Part shown: piece after piece, positions 21,136-30,763 of the stretch
Numbering within the stretch: the first letter of the stretch is position 1
How the letters are laid out: each line of letters starts with the position of its first letter
Virus record (IMG/VR): IMGVR_UViG_3300029288_000079
Span: 117,734-181,733 of that record
Direction: 5' to 3' (one strand)
Source: a virus
Taxonomy: Duplodnaviria > Caudoviricetes
DNA: 64,000 bases
Made by a program: the position numbers and the translations under genes
The notes under the pieces: generated by a model
What the model was told of the DNA's origin: nothing
The model's database searches: none
What the model saw: the letters and a program-made list of their open reading frames with translations, nothing else

Positions 21136-21915
21136 TTATTCATAGATTGGCTGGGAACTAACCGCCTCTATTTGCCATGTATTAGGTATATGAGTTAGAC
21201 TATATGCACCCCCAACCATGGGCTTAAGTACTGTATGCTTTAAGCCTTGTGGAATTGTTATTTTTACTACATCCCATATTATATCACTAAAATGTAAAAC
21301 ATCTCTATATGTATCCCAAACGAATACATACTTGCTACTGAAATGCTGATCCTCCGGAAAGATACCCATTTCTATTTTGTGGTCCTTAGGAATTACTGTA
21401 TAAACTTCATCATGATATAAATTAGACTGAATATTAGAGGCTTCTACTTCTGAGAAATCATCGGGTTCTATAATTTCTATAAGCGTTGCTGGAAGACTAT
21501 CTTTAGTTATTAAACACCAATCGCTAGGATTATTAGGACTATGAAATTTACTAACAGCCCGATAGGCAAGTTCTGCAATAGAACATTGTAAAACTTGTTC
21601 ATCTGCAGATATATTAATATTTACACTACCCTGATTTGCAGATATAACAAGATACTTTAAATTGCCAAAGGTAGGATTCTCTAGTACCCATACTTGCCCA
21701 GGTTTTAAAGCATCCCTTAATTCTTCAATAGTATTTACAACCATACCTATCTCAGAATCAACAGGTTTAATATCCCAAGATAGTTTCATCTCTGAAGATG
21801 GAATAACAACACGCTGATCCTCAAAGTTAAGATCATCATGCTTTACAATGTCCGGTTGTTCTAAGGGTATTATCTTATCTATGTCAGATTGCTGTAGGTG
21901 TGACTTCTGATCCAT
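21136..21915 (-). CDS. WDI-motif protein with one GQVW module
   Basis: KLSWDIKPVDSEIGMVVNTIEELRDALKPGQVW. Confidence 0.7.
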   Translation of the reverse strand: MDQKSHLQQSDIDKIIPLEQPDIVKHDDLNFEDQRVVIPSSEMKLSWDIKPVDSEIGMVVNTIEELRDALKPGQVWVLENPTFGNLKYLVISANQGSVNINISADEQVLQCSIAELAYRAVSKFHSPNNPSDWCLITKDSLPATLIEIIEPDDFSEVEASNIQSNLYHDEVYTVIPKDHKIEMGIFPEDQHFSSKYVFVWDTYRDVLHFSDIIWDVVKITIPQGLKHTVLKPMVGGAYSLTHIPNTWQIEAVSSQPIYE

Positions 21916-22453
21916 TTTCTTTACCCTTTAACCGTTGAACCTTTTCTACTATATGAAAGCCATCATCTACCAATTTAACTGAAGGTGCTGTCTCTACCCA
22001 TATAGAATCAATCCCATATCCTGTAGTAGCAATCTCTTTTTCTTTTTGAACTAGATCTCGAATAGCCGAACCAATAGGATCCGTCCCATTAATTTCATAA
22101 CGTCTAGTTTCGATAGACCAAATTGTACCATGAATATCTCTATCCTTTGGTATAGAGTCAAATACTACAACGCCCATACTCTTTCTGAAATCTTCTAATT
22201 GTTTAACATCTATACCTATGGTACGAAGATCAATAGTCTCTTCAGCTTCAGGCTTTTGTATACCCATAGCTTGAGGCTTTCCTACCCCAACAGCCTCAAC
22301 TATATCAGTATTTTCTGATACATCGGGTTCAATAGGAATAAGATTCAATTTTATTACAGTTTCATAATCTTCAAACTCCTTGTGTTGAATAGACACACCT
22401 AGAAATTCTACCTCGTGCTCTTCACCATTTATTATTAGTAATGATTTCATCAT
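21884..22453 (-). CDS. Hypothetical protein
   Basis: ORF track; directly follows the promoter motif. Confidence 0.6.
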   Translation of the reverse strand: MMKSLLIINGEEHEVEFLGVSIQHKEFEDYETVIKLNLIPIEPDVSENTDIVEAVGVGKPQAMGIQKPEAEETIDLRTIGIDVKQLEDFRKSMGVVVFDSIPKDRDIHGTIWSIETRRYEINGTDPIGSAIRDLVQKEKEIATTGYGIDSIWVETAPSVKLVDDGFHIVEKVQRLKGKENGSEVTPTAI

Positions 22454-22488
22454 ACACCTATATTTAGAGTTTTTTAAATAAAAAGCAA
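22453..22488 (-). promoter_or_regulatory. Candidate promoter TTGCTT-N17-AAATATAGGTGTA
   Basis: Second copy of the 18636-18671 motif. Confidence 0.5.
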
Positions 22489-22731
22489 CATGATAATATA
22501 GTTTAATTTAGACAGAGAGACAACTATTCCTTGAAGCTTTCATTCCACTTTTTTATCTCCTTCTCAGCCTTCTTTTTACCAGTTTTACCACCTAACCACC
22601 AGGCAATACTAATTGTACCGAAAACAGTAATAAATACTACAATAAACACCATCCAATCAACTTCTATCATTTCATACTCCTAATTTATAATAATAAAGTA
22701 ACTTAATATGCATAGTCCCATCTTAAGTTAT

Positions 22732-22923
22732 TCAACTAGTTTCTAATATATCATCTATTGGATTCATGTATACGCTTGTAGCAAACCACTCCTTTTTATT
22801 AGGATGGCAGTCTTTTCCATTCATTCTATCTTCAGCAGCTATTCGTGCCTGATATGCATTATCGGCCTCGACAGTTATAAGTCTAGTCTGCACTATAAGA
22901 ACATCAAACTTTTCTTTAGACAT
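22732..22923 (-). CDS. Hypothetical protein
   Basis: AGGAG SD. Confidence 0.6.
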   Translation of the reverse strand: MSKEKFDVLIVQTRLITVEADNAYQARIAAEDRMNGKDCHPNKKEWFATSVYMNPIDDILETS

Positions 22924-22966
22924 TTTTTATCTCCTATATTAAACGTACTTACCATTAGGACACACT

Positions 22967-23308
22967 TCATTGGACTTCTCTAAATTCATAAATTTTACTT
23001 TTATTTAATAATCTTAGATCAGAATTCATCCTCTTCTTGTCTGTGTATTTGAGTAATGCTTGTGTATGCCACATACCATGATAATAACGCCTTCTACCTT
23101 CTATACGATATTCTTTCGTTGTTTCGGGATGATGCTTTCTTATCAGCGTGTCTGAATGAAATCTTTTTTTGCAAAGAGTGCATCTAAAATTGCTTCCAGT
23201 TGTATCATGTATCACCGGATCATAAATCACTTTCTTCTTTTTGCAGTATGGGCAATTTTGATACAGCAATGTTCCACTTCCCCATCCACTACCAGGTGTT
23301 CTTGGCAT
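22967..23308 (-). CDS. Zn-ribbon hypothetical protein
   Basis: CPYC...CTLC. Confidence 0.6.
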   Translation of the reverse strand: MPRTPGSGWGSGTLLYQNCPYCKKKKVIYDPVIHDTTGSNFRCTLCKKRFHSDTLIRKHHPETTKEYRIEGRRRYYHGMWHTQALLKYTDKKRMNSDLRLLNKSKIYEFREVQ

Positions 23309-23428
23309 GTCTCATCTACCTTCTTATAATCCACTCACAACCACATTTTTCACATTTACATAGTGAAGAACCTATGCGTACAGGTATCAGCTTCGACCCT
23401 CTATGGAATAGCCAACAAATTATCTTTT

Positions 23429-23689
23429 TCATACTCGTTGATCCTCCCTAACTCTATATACCCAAAGTTTGCTTCCATGATCTGTTTTACTTTGCAGATT
23501 TTTTAATGCTTTATCTCTGTCACGTATCCTTGCATATGCACTGTGCTTGGTCCATAATTTAGGATGGTCCCAAAATGGCTCATCATCCTTTATTATTTTA
23601 TACTCAATAATATAAGACCTTTTAACTTTTTTACTCACAATTACAAGATCATGCTCTCTCACCTGTTTCTTCTTTATTAAGGGCTGCAC
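23429..23689 (-). CDS. Hypothetical protein
   Basis: Coupled ORF. Confidence 0.55.
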   Translation of the reverse strand: MQPLIKKKQVREHDLVIVSKKVKRSYIIEYKIIKDDEPFWDHPKLWTKHSAYARIRDRDKALKNLQSKTDHGSKLWVYRVREDQRV

Positions 23690-24087
23690 TAGTATAACTC
23701 CTCACTTATTAATATAGGATTATCATCATGAATTAAACCTGAGAATAATTGCCCTGCTTTTTTTGCAATACAATAAGCTAAACTACGACTTACATATCTA
23801 TCAAAGCTAGTAATAAAACCCTGTTCAATTAGGTTTGCATCATAGTTACCTTTACCTTTTAGAATGTATAAGGTAATAAAACAATTATGATGTCTTCGGC
23901 CAGCGATCACAATTCCTTTATGTATGTTTTTAGGCTGATGCACATACTCCTTACCATCATTGTACCAAATTGCAGCGCATAGAATATATTCTCTAGGCTT
24001 TATTCCTAGAAATTTCTTAAGCTTAAACACAAGAGTAGTATATCTATCCTTTAATGTAACTTCTGTTGTAAACATATTAGTAGTCAT
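23689..24087 (-). CDS. Conserved phage hypothetical protein
   Basis: CAAIWY, GRRHHNC, QGFITS.DRYVSR..A, L.SEELY pattern common in phages. Confidence 0.65.
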   Translation of the reverse strand: MTTNMFTTEVTLKDRYTTLVFKLKKFLGIKPREYILCAAIWYNDGKEYVHQPKNIHKGIVIAGRRHHNCFITLYILKGKGNYDANLIEQGFITSFDRYVSRSLAYCIAKKAGQLFSGLIHDDNPILISEELY

Positions 24088-24130
24088 TATAAATCCTTAA
24101 TCTCTTCTTTCATCCGCTTAGTATACATAA

Positions 24131-24415
24131 TTATACTGATTTCAAAATTACTTTGCAATCATCTTTAGCAATTGTAAAGCCAGTTCTTCTCCATGTTCCA
24201 TCTAAATCTATTTTCACAACTTCCCAACCATCATTGATTATATCGCATTCACCAGAAATATCTTTAGCAATGAAAAAATATTTTCCAATCTCACTCTTAT
24301 ACCAATAGGTACAAAGTGTAGATTTCATAATCTTAACAAACGCAAGTGGCATAACTGATGCAGGTTGATGAGATAAGCGTTTTGCTTTATTACATTTTTT
24401 ATTTTCAGCTTTCAT
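24131..24415 (-). CDS. Hypothetical protein
   Basis: AAGGA SD. Confidence 0.55.
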   Translation of the reverse strand: MKAENKKCNKAKRLSHQPASVMPLAFVKIMKSTLCTYWYKSEIGKYFFIAKDISGECDIINDGWEVVKIDLDGTWRRTGFTIAKDDCKVILKSV

Positions 24416-24445
24416 AACATTATCCTTTCAATAAAATTCAGTTAC

Positions 24446-24655
24446 TCACAAGCTAACCGTATCTGTTCCATTTGGTTTTGTTACTTCTAGATATACATCA
24501 ACAACTTTACTTACCTTTTCTACACGCATTGCCTCAATATGAGCATACTCCTTCTTATCACATTTAACTCTCACAGCTCTAAATCGATTAGAACCCTCCT
24601 CATAAAATTCAACAATATATGTATCTAAATTGCTCTCCTTAGACACAGACTCCAT
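24446..24655 (-). CDS. Hypothetical protein
   Basis: Coupled ORF, GGAG SD. Confidence 0.55.
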   Translation of the reverse strand: MESVSKESNLDTYIVEFYEEGSNRFRAVRVKCDKKEYAHIEAMRVEKVSKVVDVYLEVTKPNGTDTVSL

Positions 24656-24960
24656 TATACGATCTCCTTGGTTACATTTAATCCTGTAACAACCTTTACA
24701 CCTTTATTATACGGACTTTTATAATCAAATGCAATTGGAGGTAGTGAAGACATAGGTACTGGAGGTCCTTCAATACCCATCTCGTGAAAATGAATTTCAT
24801 ATATCTCAGGATATATAGTTTGCAATCTATTAACAATTTCAAGAATTAGTTCAGGTGGGCCAAGAAAAGCTAAACTAAACTTAATTCTATACTTATTCTT
24901 TACCCCAACCAATCCCTTTGGAGTGTAATTTTTCTTTTTCTTCATATTAAGTTCTGCCAT
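24655..24960 (-). CDS. Hypothetical protein
   Basis: ORF track. Confidence 0.55.
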   Translation of the reverse strand: MAELNMKKKKNYTPKGLVGVKNKYRIKFSLAFLGPPELILEIVNRLQTIYPEIYEIHFHEMGIEGPPVPMSSLPPIAFDYKSPYNKGVKVVTGLNVTKEIV

Positions 24961-24976
24961 AGGTTATATTTTAATT

Positions 24977-25016
24977 TAGGTAATTGATATACTTATTACA
25001 GCATATCAATTACCTA
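24977..25016. terminator. Intergenic hairpin (possible terminator or processing site)
   Basis: 14-bp inverted repeat TAGGTAATTGATAT/ATATCAATTACCTA right after the stop of 25021-25704; no clear T-run. Confidence 0.45.
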
Positions 25017-25020
25017 TTTA

Positions 25021-25704
25021 TTATGGAGTTAAATATTTGAATATGAAATCCTTTGGAGGACCTTCCTTCAATTGGAAATGTAACATAGCCTGCTGATCCA
25101 TACCCTTGTTCTCAGTAGGGTTTCCAAGTACCTTTTCTAACCAAATAGTAAGATATTTGTTATAACCAAGCTCAAGATCCTCAAACTTACCTATGCCCAC
25201 TCCTTTAGAGTTAGCGGTATGAACTCCTGGAAAAGTTGTATACCATAACCAAGTAGCACGTTGAAGTGTAGAATCTAAAGTTACACCCACAGAATCATAT
25301 ATACTTCTATAAGATGAGTCTGGTAAGGCTACATACCTTTCTTTGTATCTTATCCACTGCCCAGCATTATTCTTAATAGGTATCTTAATGGTAAGCAAAG
25401 CTTGACGCTTATCTCCTCTACCTACAATTGAATCTATTGTAAAAACATATGTCTTATATCGATCAGCATCTGATACAATCACTGTATCAGGATATTGATT
25501 CACTACCCAATAAACACTCTTATTAGGATTAATTTTCAAAACAGTATCAATTAAATAGTCCTCACGAGTTGCCATATAAACTTGAGCAGCTCGAGCTTCT
25601 GTGTATTCCCAAGCATTATTGGGTATAGTAATAAATCTTTTTGGTTGAGAACATAGCTCAACAGTACTGAGTATAATTAATATACTCAAGATAAATCTTT
25701 TCAT
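25021..25704 (-). CDS. Secreted hypothetical protein
   Basis: Signal-peptide-like N-terminus; AGGAGGAG SD. Confidence 0.65.
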   Translation of the reverse strand: MKRFILSILIILSTVELCSQPKRFITIPNNAWEYTEARAAQVYMATREDYLIDTVLKINPNKSVYWVVNQYPDTVIVSDADRYKTYVFTIDSIVGRGDKRQALLTIKIPIKNNAGQWIRYKERYVALPDSSYRSIYDSVGVTLDSTLQRATWLWYTTFPGVHTANSKGVGIGKFEDLELGYNKYLTIWLEKVLGNPTENKGMDQQAMLHFQLKEGPPKDFIFKYLTP

Positions 25705-25738
25705 AAATTGCTCCTCCTAAATTATATTTATGTTTGTT

Positions 25739-26218
25739 TTAATCTGTATGTGATAACCACTGCCAGCCTAAGTTTGTTGCAGCAGAAACTTGTTGTTCAT
25801 TTTTTGCAACAAGAAGTAAATTAGAACTATCCTTTTGTGTACCATTATCTCCAATAGTACGAATAAATAAAACTATACTAGATCCCGTTTCAAACTGAAG
25901 ATCAGCACTTTCAGCACTTGATGAAAGATCTGCACCAAGTTGTGTAAATCTGGCATCATCAATTGCAGCCATGATTTGTTGCTTCTCAACAAACGAATCT
26001 GTTGAAGGAAGCCAAGTTAATTTTCCTATTTCCATATTGTTTATCCTTTGTATGAATGTATATGTTAAGTTAGTTGCTAATGAAACACATTTCTTATTGT
26101 TAAAGTAAAGAAATAATCCCACCAATGTCAATACTACTAAAATTATTATCCACATGATATTTCCTTCTAGCATGCATATTAAGGGATTCCCTGCATCATT
26201 TTTTGAACTAAACCACAT
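25739..26218 (-). CDS. Hypothetical beta-rich protein with TM segment; real start probably internal
   Basis: Internal Mets (MWIII, MEIGK) with SD-like sequences. Confidence 0.5.
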   Translation of the reverse strand: MWFSSKNDAGNPLICMLEGNIMWIIILVVLTLVGLFLYFNNKKCVSLATNLTYTFIQRINNMEIGKLTWLPSTDSFVEKQQIMAAIDDARFTQLGADLSSSAESADLQFETGSSIVLFIRTIGDNGTQKDSSNLLLVAKNEQQVSAATNLGWQWLSHTD

Positions 26219-26358
26219 TGTTCTGAATTCTTAAAGCAATCTTCAGAAATTCCAGAGCATCCAATTAGCTTGCAATATTCATCATTAATAAACTTTCTTA
26301 ATTTGATTTCTTGTTCTGAATTAAGAATGCAATTTATAATTTTATCTCCCATATATTC

Positions 26359-26862
26359 TTAATCCTCCACAAACTTAATTCTTTGATTCCAAAACTTGTG
26401 TGTCATACTTCTACATAACTGTATAAGATCCTTTACATCAAGCTTATCTCTATGCAGTCTAGGTGCTTTTTTAACAACATCTAGTCGCCATCGTTCATCA
26501 AATAGAACAAGTCCAGCATACTCCGGAACCTCTGTTTTATCTACCATTCCCTTAGGACAGGCATACCAAAAATAATTAGCTGGCTTCAATACATCCCATT
26601 GATAATCACCATACTTCCCAGACTTATTAAACTTTCTTTCCCCTTTAATATACCGTTGTATATGATCATGTTTCTCTTTTTTACTATCTGATAGATAGTC
26701 TTGTCTACTAAGTTTTATCTCAAATTCATGTGTAAAAAATGCTCGTGTTACTACAACAATATCAGCCTCCCACCCAAACACTTGTGAACATGGCACAACA
26801 AGTAATGTTCCTCCCTGCATATGATTTGCATAGATCCTATTTTGAACATCTATCTCTGTCAT
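26359..26862 (-). CDS. MmcB-like PD-(D/E)xK nuclease-fold protein
   Basis: EADIVV...EFEIKLSRQDY.SD.KK, ANYFWYACP, YAGL. Confidence 0.65.
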   Translation of the reverse strand: MTEIDVQNRIYANHMQGGTLLVVPCSQVFGWEADIVVVTRAFFTHEFEIKLSRQDYLSDSKKEKHDHIQRYIKGERKFNKSGKYGDYQWDVLKPANYFWYACPKGMVDKTEVPEYAGLVLFDERWRLDVVKKAPRLHRDKLDVKDLIQLCRSMTHKFWNQRIKFVED

Positions 26863-26889
26863 AATAATAATTTAGTTTTCAATAGTCAT

Positions 26890-27093
26890 CTATTTACTTA
26901 ATGTTATATAGAAAACACCTCTTTTCAAATCCTCCAATTCAAACAACATACCCACCATATCTTTTAAATCACTACTTATCTTCACATATTCTATAAACTT
27001 ACATTCACCACTAATACAAAAGGCATCTTTAAGAAAGATTCTCATATCCTCAATATATTCTTCTTCTTCTTTTGTAATTGTTTTATATGACAT
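26890..27093 (-). CDS. Hypothetical protein
   Basis: ORF track. Confidence 0.5.
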   Translation of the reverse strand: MSYKTITKEEEEYIEDMRIFLKDAFCISGECKFIEYVKISSDLKDMVGMLFELEDLKRGVFYITLSK

Positions 27094-27111
27094 TGTTATT
27101 CATACCTTAAT

Positions 27112-27396
27112 TTATGGAATAATTTCACCATTAAGTTTGAATCCCCATCCAAAAGCATCAACATATTCCTGATCCAGGACCTGGAAGCTCATAATACCAT
27201 TAAACAGAAATTGCCGGATATGATCATTAAGTGTATTATCCCATAACCATAATACTTGATTACCCTTCTTATTAATACCAATCTCAGTAATACCTCCTGT
27301 ATGAGTTACTTGTTCACCGTTCTCTTTAGTGTATTGCAACGTAATACATTTATGGGCTTGCAAGGCCTCTACTAATGGTGCTGTATCTGTAATCAT
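27112..27396 (-). CDS. Stand-alone WYL-like (SH3-fold) domain protein
   Basis: ITLQYTKENGE...LWLWD...IRQFLFNGI pattern. Confidence 0.55.
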   Translation of the reverse strand: MITDTAPLVEALQAHKCITLQYTKENGEQVTHTGGITEIGINKKGNQVLWLWDNTLNDHIRQFLFNGIMSFQVLDQEYVDAFGWGFKLNGEIIP

Positions 27397-27620
27397 TTTC
27401 TACCTACCTCCCATTTTGTAAAATATCTACCCTTATCCTCTTTGTTAATTCTAATTAGAGTTTTTTGTAATTCTTTTAACAGTCTCCTAGCAACTCTAAT
27501 ATGCATTTCTATCGTCTGCTCAGGAAATAAAGGATTTATAGGAGTGGCATAATACCGCTTACAAATACTTCTGTATTCTTGAGCACGTTTAGCATGGATT
27601 CCTGTTCTATCAAGGGCCAT
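27393..27620 (-). CDS. Hypothetical protein
   Basis: Coupled ORF. Confidence 0.5.
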   Translation of the reverse strand: MALDRTGIHAKRAQEYRSICKRYYATPINPLFPEQTIEMHIRVARRLLKELQKTLIRINKEDKGRYFTKWEVGRK

Positions 27621-27627
27621 AATTATT

Positions 27628-28128
27628 TCATCTCCTCTCCTCTAACTTCTCATAACCCACTATATTTTGGTATTTAACAACATGTAACTTTCCAATATCT
27701 TTACTTTCATAATCCATAACCTCATTACCAATGTAGTAAACTATATCACAAATATCAACCTTATCAAACTGAGGTTTAGTTGACATCGAACTACCTATAG
27801 ATACTACAGTTCCTTCTAACAATGGGGATTGATGAGATGTAGCTATAATAATCCCAGGTGTAACACCTTCTTTTCCAGATTCATCAGGTTTGATAAATAC
27901 AAAATCATTTAATGCTTGCATATTGAGCTCCTTATTATTTAGTTTTTGTTCAACCTCAAATATCATACTCTCTTCATCGCTTGATAGACATGCAGCTCCT
28001 TTAGCCCCACACTCAGGACATCTTATGGCATCTCCATCATAACAAAAATCACTGGCATTTGTAAAGACTTCCAGATCATCTCCACAGATATTACACTCCT
28101 CATTAGTTGTTACCCAACGCTTTTCCAT
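27628..28128 (-). CDS. groES: GroES-like co-chaperonin, in frame with an upstream Zn-ribbon (internal ATG at 27921)
   Basis: MQALNDFVFIKP...GIII...EGTVVSIG...IVG; AAGGAG SD before the internal ATG. Confidence 0.7.
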   Translation of the reverse strand: MEKRWVTTNEECNICGDDLEVFTNASDFCYDGDAIRCPECGAKGAACLSSDEESMIFEVEQKLNNKELNMQALNDFVFIKPDESGKEGVTPGIIIATSHQSPLLEGTVVSIGSSMSTKPQFDKVDICDIVYYIGNEVMDYESKDIGKLHVVKYQNIVGYEKLEERR

Positions 28129-28134
28129 AGTCTC

Positions 28135-28569
28135 TTATAGATTTTTTATAAATTTAGGTAATATTTTTCTGGGTACATCTATAGAAAAACTAAATCTATT
28201 ATTACCCGCCTCTGTCTCTCCACCTTTTTTAGTAAAATCCTCATAGGATTGATTCACAACATTCCATATATACTTTCGAAATGGTTTAGAGTCAGGAGAT
28301 AATATTTGAAGAGCTCTTGTAAAAGCTATTTTTCTACCTAGAGTTTCATTAAATCTATCTCGAGGATTACAATATGTAATAGCATGAGTTAGAGGAAATA
28401 AACTTAAAGGATATTCATTTGTCCCCTTTATAAAGATATCACACGTAATAGCTCTGCGCTTTATCATAGGTAAGCGGATAGGCAATAAAGGGACCTTTAT
28501 TCCACTAACCTTTCTAGGCATACCCTTAAACTCCCCAAATGCAATCTGCAGAATTACTTTATTCTTCAT
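28135..28569 (-). CDS. Phage hypothetical protein with CxPxDxF...GRxIAxxRA motif
   Basis: YCNPRDRFNETLGRKIAFTRAL. Confidence 0.55.
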   Translation of the reverse strand: MKNKVILQIAFGEFKGMPRKVSGIKVPLLPIRLPMIKRRAITCDIFIKGTNEYPLSLFPLTHAITYCNPRDRFNETLGRKIAFTRALQILSPDSKPFRKYIWNVVNQSYEDFTKKGGETEAGNNRFSFSIDVPRKILPKFIKNL

Positions 28570-28591
28570 AATTACTCCTCTATTAATATAC

Positions 28592-29140
28592 TTAGTCCCA
28601 ATATGCTAAAACATTTTTATAATCCGGATAATTTTTACTAAGCCAATCCATAACTTCCTTATCAAGTTCTCTTTCTATTAAAATATATGCTTCATCATAT
28701 GCCTTAATAAATTTTACTGTTGCCGTTGCATAGATAATATTATCCTCATCCATAACAAAAAATTGCAAAGCATCTTTTAGATCATAGTTCTGACTACTAC
28801 TAAATCTTGTATAAAGGCCCATATTAGCACTTCGATCATAGAATGCTGCTTTATAAAATATAAATGCCCTTCTCCTACCCCTATCATCAATTAAATAACT
28901 CCACATATCATGATCAGATTTCTCTTTCTTCCATCCTTTTGGCATCTCAACTTTCAGAAAAATATCATCATGATCCCCAAGAAACTTGAATCCGAGCTTC
29001 TGTAACTCTTTCTTCGGACATTGTTTGGGTAATATATCAGAATTAACGAGAGCTTGTTGACCCCTCTTTTCCTGAGCTTCAATACCTCCAGGAGTAATAG
29101 CAGTAAGAAAATTCTCTATAACAGTAGGTCTAGTTGTCAT
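28592..29140 (-). CDS. Conserved phage hypothetical protein
   Basis: PGGIEAQEKRGQ...PKGW...IFYKAAFYDR. Confidence 0.65.
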   Translation of the reverse strand: MTTRPTVIENFLTAITPGGIEAQEKRGQQALVNSDILPKQCPKKELQKLGFKFLGDHDDIFLKVEMPKGWKKEKSDHDMWSYLIDDRGRRRAFIFYKAAFYDRSANMGLYTRFSSSQNYDLKDALQFFVMDEDNIIYATATVKFIKAYDEAYILIERELDKEVMDWLSKNYPDYKNVLAYWD

Positions 29141-29333
29141 ATAATCTCCTATGTATAAATTAAAGATTATTGGTACAAACTTTTACTTGTTAGTTAGACT
29201 TTCATTATTTGTACCAATAAATTCTTTCTTTATTTTTTGACCAAGCTGGTGTTAAAGATAATGAAAGCACCTCACGCATAGTCACCTTTTGTAAGAACTA
29301 CCAAACTACTCAGTGCTAACTGTCCTAAATATA

Positions 29334-29732
29334 TTATTCTTTTGCTATTGCTCCACAATCTATCTTTACAAATTTACTAATAATATTATTAAATTCCAAT
29401 AGCTCTGCCTTTGTTTTAGGAATTTCTATATTCTTTATAAGATATGCAGCTTTATTTTGTAGCTTCTTAAGATACAACTCCTCCCTAAGTTCGGGAGTCA
29501 GTTTACATAAAAGATTATGATTCCAAACATTACCTCCAATACTTATACCATTAGATCTTCTAAATCTTTCTATACTACATGGCTTAACACCTGAGGATTT
29601 ATATTCTACAATTATCTGTGTCTTGGTTATTCTAGAAATTTTTACAATTCTACCAGCGTTATTTCCAGACACATAAACTTTATCACCTGCTTTTAATTGA
29701 GCTAACCATTCAGTGTCATGTATCAATGTCAT
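29334..29732 (-). CDS. Hypothetical beta-barrel protein
   Basis: LKAGDKV...ITKTQI. Confidence 0.55.
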   Translation of the reverse strand: MTLIHDTEWLAQLKAGDKVYVSGNNAGRIVKISRITKTQIIVEYKSSGVKPCSIERFRRSNGISIGGNVWNHNLLCKLTPELREELYLKKLQNKAAYLIKNIEIPKTKAELLEFNNIISKFVKIDCGAIAKE

Positions 29733-29980
29733 ATTTCAGTACTCCTTTTTTCTTCTATATCTTTCTTCAAGAAATTTATTATATAATCATAATCAATATG
29801 TGGCAATATACAAAGACTACAATCTTTCTTACCTTTAATATATGTAAAATTACCTTTACAGTCAAATGTAAACAAAGGACAAAAGCAGAAAAGACAGGAA
29901 AAATTATCTAAATGAATATTACTATGACATGGAAAATATTCACAGTCCTTATTACAAAAGAATTTACTATTGTTATCCAT
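29729..29980 (-). CDS. Cysteine-rich small (zf-like) domain protein
   Basis: NKDCEYFPCH...CLFCFCPL...C.GNF...KDCSLC..PH. Confidence 0.75.
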   Translation of the reverse strand: MDNNSKFFCNKDCEYFPCHSNIHLDNFSCLFCFCPLFTFDCKGNFTYIKGKKDCSLCILPHIDYDYIINFLKKDIEEKRSTEI

Positions 29981-29983
29981 ATA

Positions 29984-30208
29984 TCATTTCATATCACGAG
30001 GTGGAGTTGGCGGTATATACATCCAAAATTGCACTCTGCCATTATATTGCTTTGTCCACCCTATAAGATCATTATAAACGATCCAAGTCTTGTCTACATA
30101 CTTGCCCTGTAATATATCAGAATAAGTACGTTTACGTTCCATCCAAGCAACTACTACCAAGCAAAGTTCTGGCAAGTCAGGAAGTTTCTCTTTTATATCT
30201 ATCCACAT
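29984..30208 (-). CDS. DUF551-like phage protein
   Basis: WIDIKEKLP...V.FWMYIP.P. Confidence 0.6.
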   Translation of the reverse strand: MWIDIKEKLPDLPELCLVVVAWMERKRTYSDILQGKYVDKTWIVYNDLIGWTKQYNGRVQFWMYIPPTPPRDMK

Positions 30209-30264
30209 TTTATCTCTCCTTTATAGTTTGATTAGACTAATCATCTGTTTTTCTACACAACAAT

Positions 30265-30669
30265 CTATATTTTTGGTAGTGGCTTAAATAGTCCCTCATC
30301 AATAAATATAATAAAATCTTCCATTGAATGTCTATCATACATACTTCTGCCTATTGTTTCCCTCCCTTCACAAAAAGTATATTCATATCTATAACTATCT
30401 CTATGTAAGAAATCCATTTTAATCTCTCTATCACCCTTCTTAAATAATATATGGGATCCTTGATGAGTCCATTTAGTATTATAATGAGCTGTGTAAGTAA
30501 TACCCTCCTCTAATAATAAAGGAATAATATCTGAAAAAGCAATTTCAAATTCACTAATAATACGTTTAAGATCTTTCTCGAGCTTTCTATCTAAAAATTC
30601 AGATTCAATTCTCTCCTTCTCAAGTCGTTCTTGTCTTATTTTTACTGCTTTATCCATTAATTTTGACAT
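30265..30669 (-). CDS. Hypothetical protein
   Basis: AAGGAG SD; upstream promoter. Confidence 0.6.
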   Translation of the reverse strand: MSKLMDKAVKIRQERLEKERIESEFLDRKLEKDLKRIISEFEIAFSDIIPLLLEEGITYTAHYNTKWTHQGSHILFKKGDREIKMDFLHRDSYRYEYTFCEGRETIGRSMYDRHSMEDFIIFIDEGLFKPLPKI

Positions 30670-30697
30670 TGATTTCTCCTTATATTATATACATAGA

Positions 30698-30726
30698 AAT
30701 ATAATAAATGATATTATAAGAATCAA
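30698..30726 (-). promoter_or_regulatory. Sigma70-like promoter TTGATT-N17-TATATT
   Basis: Consensus-like hexamers with 17-bp spacing in an intergenic gap. Confidence 0.5.
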
Positions 30727-30763
30727 GTGTTCATGAAAGTCTAATGTTCATAAATTATGAACA

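Noticed and set aside
29141-29333. Intergenic 13-bp inverted repeat (29167-29220) and possible structured RNA
   Set aside because: Long loop, no recognisable family; could be a short ORF or weak terminator
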